Assembly: GCA_950097015.1 (NCBI GenBank)
Contig: CATNEN010000007.1
Span: 7,998,001-8,062,000 of the forward strand
Direction of reading: 5' to 3'
DNA: 64,000 bases
Origin: Macrostomum hystrix
Lineage: Eukaryota > Animalia > Platyhelminthes
Shown here: positions 57,673 to 64,000 of the stretch, one piece after another
Layout: every line of letters begins with the position of its first letter
Position numbering within the stretch: the first letter of the stretch is position 1
Translations under genes and position numbers: made by a program
Notes under the pieces: model-generated
The model's database searches: none
What the model was told of the DNA's origin: nothing
The model's input: the letters and a program-made list of their open reading frames with translations, nothing else

Positions 57673-60071
57673 GCAAGCACATTCCATTAAAATGTCACTA
57701 AAAATGGTTAGCCACGGTAAAAACCGGAAAGCTGGCAGGAGATGGTTCACTAAGCGCAGTTGCAAAATCGGGCAAAACAGAGCAGCCAATTTGGCATCGA
57801 AATCACGTGGGACCGTTAATTAGGCGGGGGCGTTGGTCCTCACTAACAAGACTTCTGAAAATATCGAGTAATTAGCACAAATAGACAAATGTTAACTTCG
57901 AATAGACCTAACTTTCTTGGCTAGTTTGAATGACAATCGCGGATTGAGCCAATTTTCCCGTAGAGAAAACATTACCAACTACTTAGTGACTAGTAGCGTT
58001 ACGATTTATATAATTAAAAGACCAACGGATGACTGTCGAAGCTTTATACGAGTTTTTTATGGCTGCTAATTTTACCTATTTTTATTCAGATTGTGAATTG
58101 TTTGAAAGGACTATCTCGTCGTAGTTCTGTCGGTGAGTGTATTTTTATCTAGTAAATACTGCATTTGAATGCCAGGAGAATATTTCTGAACTGCTCTTCA
58201 TACTCACTGGAATTCAGGTGTGCCCACCTGAAACCTGTGTTTACAACTTTGCCATCATATCGGAACACCTGCGATTTTTCCTCAAGCCGAAATTCTCAAA
58301 CAACAAGACCACGCGGTGAGCTCGTGCTCAACCAAATCTCGTCCCGGCGTCTCCATGCCGTGCCTGCAACCTTTCACCTTCTTGCATCTCCCGGGGGTCT
58401 GGGGAGTCTGTTCTTGTCTTCCTCTTCCTGCGCGCATTGTTTCTCGGTCTCTTCTGCCATGCAAATCAAGATGAGAAATATTCAATGCTTAGACTGCTCT
58501 TCTTAGCCGGAATTGATGCACAAACATACAATGTCTACAAGCAAAATAATATTCTAATTTATTATTATCACCTTGCCGGAATTGCTTCAGCAATTTCTGT
58601 TCTGAAATGGTCAATATGAAGAAGCTAAATTTCAGTTGTCTGTTTTTTTCAGCTTAAATTTAAGATTTTCTGGATTTTTGTGAGTTAGTAGGGCTTATAT
58701 CTCCTCCTACTGCAGTCATCCCGTTATTTCTTGGAGCAAAGCTATTTGCTCATAAGTGAATACCATGCGCTTACGATGACATTGAGCAGGGCAGGGCTCA
58801 TAGTAACCTGCTGCGGGATATAGACATGCCTCTGCGGATTATGAAATTCTCACCTGGATAAGAACCAGCTCAAACTAAGAATGGAGTAAGAAACGCAACA
58901 GAACTATGCAAGCAAATGCGAGCAGAAGAATGGGGAGATGAAATATTGTCCTACCTTACAGACACCTTGAGAAATCAAATGGATTATTTAGAGGCTAAAG
59001 GTGCTGGTTTTCTAAGAGAATATTGCGCTGAGCACAAGAGACCGAGCCTGATTCCCTAGATGCGCCAGTTCAGACGTCATCTGCCTTTTAATGGATCATT
59101 TTAGCTTGGTTCGCCTGGGCCTAAGCGGACTAAGGATTGTGAATCAGCGAATCCAGTACAGCAGTACAGCAGTTGTTGCAGTAAGCAGTTTTTGTTAAAA
59201 AATCACATACAAAATAGTCTGCCAACTTGAGCTAAAAAAACATGTAGCTTGGGAAATTATTGAGCACAGAGCAAATATTAGACTATATATGCATGATTTG
59301 GACCGCCGAAACCGCTTTTCATGGCTGCTTTGCGTATGGTTATCTGCAGGCGAGTGTTATGAGCGAATGGCTGCATGATTGATCATGAAAGCGAATCTGT
59401 CCCAAGGTGCGAATGAGCGGACGCATTCGGGAACTGAGGAGTATTTTCGCCTTTAGTCCAGTCCTGCCATCACTGCACCTGTGTCTAACCATTGCTACGA
59501 GTATGCCCCCCCCGGCCGCCGTGTCTCTCATATTCGCCGACAAGTTACATCTAGCTCATTAATCTCGTTCCGAATGGGTGCGCAACCTTCCCCCGTACTA
59601 TAGCAGGCTTGGAGGATTCCTACGGCAGGTCATTGCGGCTGATAATGAAGGTCCCAGTCGCGAAAGTCTCGATTTTCGATTCTTGATTTCACGGCGTCAA
59701 TTGGACGCCAGGCCTGACCAATCAGAGCAGCTCGCCGAGATTATGATCCATTTGTAAGCGCTTCGAATCCGACCCGCGTCCCACCCCCGCTGCTGACGTT
59801 GAATTAAGGCGCAGAGTGACGAGATAAAGAGGCCTAAACTGCTGCCTTCCATCCGCCTTGCCCCGTGAGTGGTCTGAAACAGAGCCTTCAGGCAGTCGAG
59901 ATAAATCTGACAGGCCGAGCCACTGATAAGTGCAGGCTGAGCAGCTTAGCAGTGGAAGCAGGGCTAGTGCACTGATATAGACTACCCGGCTGAGTCAAGG
60001 CTGAAACGCCCAGTAACCACCTCCGACCTCCGTCACCGTGGTGCCTGCAAACCGAACTGAAACCTGTCGCC

Positions 60072-61337
60072 ATGGCAACCGCAGCGCCAACCATCGTCAC
60101 CACCAGCAGCTGGGAGGATCAGGAGCACTACAGGTTGTTCGCCGACTGGTCTCAGCTGGTGACAGCCCTAGCGCTCTACCCGATCGTTTGCCTGCTGGGA
60201 GCGGCGGGCAGCTGCCTCAGCATCGCCGTGTTCAGCAGGCGCCAGATGCGCAACAGCACCAACGCCTTCCTGACGGCTCTGGCGCTCGCCGATCTGCTGA
60301 AACTCGCCAACGACTTTCTCTACTTCCCGGCCACGCTGGCTGGTCGCCACGGGGGCGGCGAGTTCGCCGCCAGGGTCTACCCGGTCGCCTACTTCCTATC
60401 GCAGTACTCAGCCGGCTGCGCCGCCTGGCTCACCGTTGCCGTGGCAACCGAGCGCTGGCTGATGGTGACGCAGCCCGGCTGGAGCCGCAGCGGTCTCACT
60501 GTGCGCAAGGCCCGCCTGACCGCGCTAGCCGTCTTCTTCGTCGTGCTGGCCGTCACGGCGCCGCACCTGCTCCGCTACGAGGCCAGCTGCAACTCGGACT
60601 TGCTGGCGGACAGCGATGTCAGTGACGCCACCGTCGCCACTTCCTCTCCGGGTGACGGCAACTGCACGCTGGCGCCCGGGCCGAGTCGGCTGTGGCGCAG
60701 TCTCGGCTCGCGGGCGCAGCTGTACATCCGCTTCCACAGCTGCCTGCGCTCCCTGGTGCCGCTGCTGCTGCTGGTCAGTCTGAACACGCACATCGCCCTG
60801 ACGTTACGGGTCAGCCGGGCCAACCGGCGGAAGCCGCCGGCCGCGAGAGGCCGGGCCACCAGAGCCCTGGTGGCGGTGATCCTGTGCGCTATCCTGCTCA
60901 CCACGCCGGACTCCGTGCTGTCGACGCTCGGCTGGGGCTACACCGAGGCCGGGACCAGCTTCCGCCGAGGCGTGCGCGAAATCTCCGACCTGCTGCTGAC
61001 CATCAACTCGGCCGCCAACTTCTTTCTGTACGCCGCCTTTAACAGCGCCTTCCGGCGCAACCTCGTGGCCGTCTGCGCCGGCCGGCGTCAGCGCTGGCCG
61101 CTTCGCCGACGGACTGCGCTGGGCCAGCTGGCTCGCTCGGCGCGGGCTCTGGCGCCGCCTGCTGCGCCGATGTCCCAGCAGGCGTCGCGTCCGTCGCCAC
61201 GGCCGCAGCCACAGCCCTCAATTAAGGGGATTGACGAGGTCAGCGCGGAGGAGCCCCGGTGTCTTCGCGTGGTTTCGCCGCTGCTGCACCGCGCCAGCTC
61301 CGGTCTATCCGTGTCGCCTCCGCTGGACCAGCTCTGA
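60072..61337 (+). CDS. Intronless rhodopsin-class neuropeptide GPCR (FMRFamide/myosuppressin/sex-peptide receptor-like), 421 aa
   Basis: Seven hydrophobic segments. Motifs: MRNSTNAFLTALALADLL (TM2), AWLTVAVATERWLMVTQP (TM3, DRY variant), LVPLLLLVSLN (TM5), ILLTTP (TM6), INSAANFFLYAAFNSAFRR (TM7/helix 8). AATAAA near 61544. Confidence 0.92.
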   Translation: MATAAPTIVTTSSWEDQEHYRLFADWSQLVTALALYPIVCLLGAAGSCLSIAVFSRRQMRNSTNAFLTALALADLLKLANDFLYFPATLAGRHGGGEFAARVYPVAYFLSQYSAGCAAWLTVAVATERWLMVTQPGWSRSGLTVRKARLTALAVFFVVLAVTAPHLLRYEASCNSDLLADSDVSDATVATSSPGDGNCTLAPGPSRLWRSLGSRAQLYIRFHSCLRSLVPLLLLVSLNTHIALTLRVSRANRRKPPAARGRATRALVAVILCAILLTTPDSVLSTLGWGYTEAGTSFRRGVREISDLLLTINSAANFFLYAAFNSAFRRNLVAVCAGRRQRWPLRRRTALGQLARSARALAPPAAPMSQQASRPSPRPQPQPSIKGIDEVSAEEPRCLRVVSPLLHRASSGLSVSPPLDQL

Positions 61338-62391
61338 CACAATTCCAACGTTGAGCCCAATGTGGCCCCGCAGTGATTCCATCAAATAGTCTGCTGTTGT
61401 GATTCCCACTGTCTTTTATCTGTAAATCCTTGAGCCTATCAATGCAGAAATGATCACATTTTCGGATTCCCGTCTTATTTTTACCTATTCTATGCTTGTA
61501 ATCATCGGTGATTCAACACACGTGTTCTTTCTACTCAATTGTGAATAAAGCTCGTTAAAAAAACTGATAGGGACAATTTCAGCCCAGCTCGCGAGTTCTA
61601 GTCTCATGGCACTCTTACTGATGAGTGAGCATCACGTCGTTTTTGCGAAAGAAACAACAACAAAAAGTTGCAAAGCATTTTTGCTAATTCTCAAAGGATA
61701 ACATGCCCTAAGAAAATGGGCTTTCATTTGTTTAATTGGTGCCGCAGTTGCCAACCCATTCAAAGGCATCAGTTGGTGACAGTCGACCCGCAGCCAGCGA
61801 CTACTGAGCACATACACACGCGCAGGTGTGAACGAGTACATCTGCCCTCAGGTTCTTGAAATGTCATGGGATTATATACAAGCCTTCTCTCCGCGGCTGC
61901 GCCCCAAATCAATGTGGCCTCGGTCAATATTCTTGATAATATTCTCATAATAACAGTTAAATAAAATTAATTTGCCCAATCCTTCTGCTTAATCCAGCAG
62001 ATTTACCTGTTGATAATCTAAATTTTACATGACTCGTTTCTAAGCAATTTCTAGATCCCAACAATGTCATGGCTTCTGTTACACACGAATTCCATTGGGT
62101 AAAGGCCGCGATTTTAAAGTCAATGAGTCTGTGAATTTAGAATTATACTCGTATTTAGACGAAGATAAAAAAGCTGATAAAAATTGGTAGAAAAGACAAA
62201 ACGAAGCTCCGTAGACAATGTGGCTTTCAGGAGATCATGTTTTAGGGCTATTAAAAAGTGAATTCAATATGACTGGTTGGTTTCCTGCACTCCATCAATT
62301 AGAAGATAGAAAACAAGTGTATTTTGCTTTCTTGTCGATTGAGTACTAGAAGGTTAACGCTTTGCGAGCCTAAAATATAAAAATAAAAGGG

Positions 62392-63719
62392 CAATTCAAA
62401 CTGACGGGATGACATTCAAACTGACGGGATGTCATTCAAGCTGACGGGATGACATTCAAACTGACGGGATGACATTCAAGCTGACGGGATGACATTCAAG
62501 CTGACGGGATGTCATTCAAGCTGACGGGATGACATTCAAGCTGACGGGATGACATTCAAGCTGACGGGATGACATTCAAACTGACGGGATGACATTCAAG
62601 CTGACGGGATGTCATTCAAGCTGACGGGATGACATTCAAGCTGACGGGATGTCATTCAAGCTGACGGGATGACATTCAAGCTGACGGGATGTCATTCAAG
62701 CTGACAGGATGACATTCAAGCTGACGGGATGTCATTCAAGCTGACGGGATGACATTCAAGCTGACGGGATGACATTCAAGCTGACTGGATGTCATTCAAG
62801 CTGACGGGATGTCATTCAAGCTGACGGGATGACATTCAAGCTGACGGGATGTCATTCAAGCTGACGGGATGACATTCAAGCTGACGGGATGACATTCAAG
62901 CTGACGGGATGACATTCAAGCTGACGGGATGGCATTCAAGCTGATGGGATGACATTCAAGCTGATGAGATGACATTCAAGCTGACGGGATGACATTCAAG
63001 CTGACGGGATGACATTTAAGCTGATGGGATGACATTTAAGCTAATGGGATGACATTCAAGCTGACGGGATGACATTCAAGCTGACGGGATGACATTCAAG
63101 CTGACGGGATGACATTCAAGCTGATGGGATGACATTCAAGCTGACGGGATGTCATTCAAGCTGACGGGATGTCATTCAAGCTGACTGGATGTCATTCAAG
63201 CTGACGGGATGTCATTCAAGCTGACGGGATGACATTCAAGCTGACGGGATGACATTCAAGCTGACGGGATGACATTCAAGCTGACGGGATGACATTCAAG
63301 CTGACTGGATGTCATTCAAGCTGACGGGATGACATTCAAGCTGACGGGATGACATTCAAGCTGACGGGATGTCATTCAAGCTGACGGGATGACATTCAAG
63401 CTGACGGGATGACATTCAAGCTGACGGGATGACATTCAAGCTGACGGGATGTCATTCAAGCTGACGGGATGACATTCAAGCTGACGGGATGACATTCAAG
63501 CTGACTGGATGTCATTCAAGCTGACGGGATGACATTCAAGCTGACTGGATGTCATTCAAGCTGACGGGATGACATTCAAGCTGACGGGATGACATTCAAG
63601 CTGACGGGATGACATTCAAGCTGACGGGATGTCATTCAAGCTGACGGGATGACATTCAAGCTGACGGGATGACATTCAAGCTGACGGGATGACATTCAAG
63701 CTGACGGGATGACATTCAA
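62392..63719. repeat. Minisatellite, 20-bp unit (CATTCAAGCTGACGGGATG[A/T]), ~66 copies
   Basis: Period read directly, three units per 60-nt line. Confidence 0.98.
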
Positions 63720-63732
63720 CATTCAACATTCA

Positions 63733-64000
63733 ACAGCACACACAGCACACACAGCACACACAGCACACACACAGCGCGCACAGCACACACAGCGCCCACA
63801 GCACACACACAGCACACACACGGCACACACAGCACACACAGCACACACAGCACACACAGCACACACAGCACACGCAGCGCACACAGCACACACAGCACAC
63901 ACAGCACAGCACACACAGCACACGCAGCGCACACAGCACACACAGCACACACAGCACAGCACACACAGCACACACAGCACACACAGCACACACAGCACAC
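63733..64000. repeat. Imperfect (ACACACAGC)n microsatellite running off the window end
   Basis: Seen directly. Confidence 0.95.

Noticed and set aside
62392-63719. Regular repeats here and elsewhere considered as CRISPR arrays
   Set aside because: Units are head-to-tail with no unique spacers, there are no cas genes, and the context is eukaryotic.
63716-64000. Cys/Val-rich ORFs resembling metallothionein
   Set aside because: Translations of the (ACACACAGC)n microsatellite in all three minus frames.

Overview
Eukaryotic (metazoan) genomic DNA with spliceosomal introns; it is not prokaryotic, and I found no rRNA, tRNA or CRISPR array. Several traits suggest a free-living flatworm such as Macrostomum: GC-rich exons with poly-Q/poly-A runs, very small introns next to introns swollen by private minisatellites, and many intronless genes. 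That assignment is inference only. Eight protein-coding genes can be assembled by hand with phase-consistent splice sites: (1) the 3' end of a TRPC channel (+), with a GC-AG intron; (2) a LIM-less PDZ + ZM-motif Zasp/ALP-family protein (-); (3) a PCTAIRE kinase (CDK16/17/18-like, +) with up to three alternative N-terminal exons; (4) a DUF1868-type 2H phosphoesterase (-), head-to-head with (5) an intronless class I SAM methyltransferase-like gene ending in a CaaX box (+); (6) an intronless, divergent Polo-like kinase (-); (7) an RWDD3/RSUME-like gene (+) with no genomic start codon; (8) an intronless FMRFamide/myosuppressin-type peptide GPCR (+). About 10 kb (~15%) of the window is tandem repeat, and one 5'-truncated LINE with a target-site duplication is present. 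Best leads: the divergent pair of probably lipid-anchored enzymes (2H phosphoesterase + methyltransferase), the RWDD3 gene that may take its initiator AUG from a trans-spliced leader, the Polo kinase lacking its regulatory residues, and intronic arrays that multiply splice-site-like motifs.
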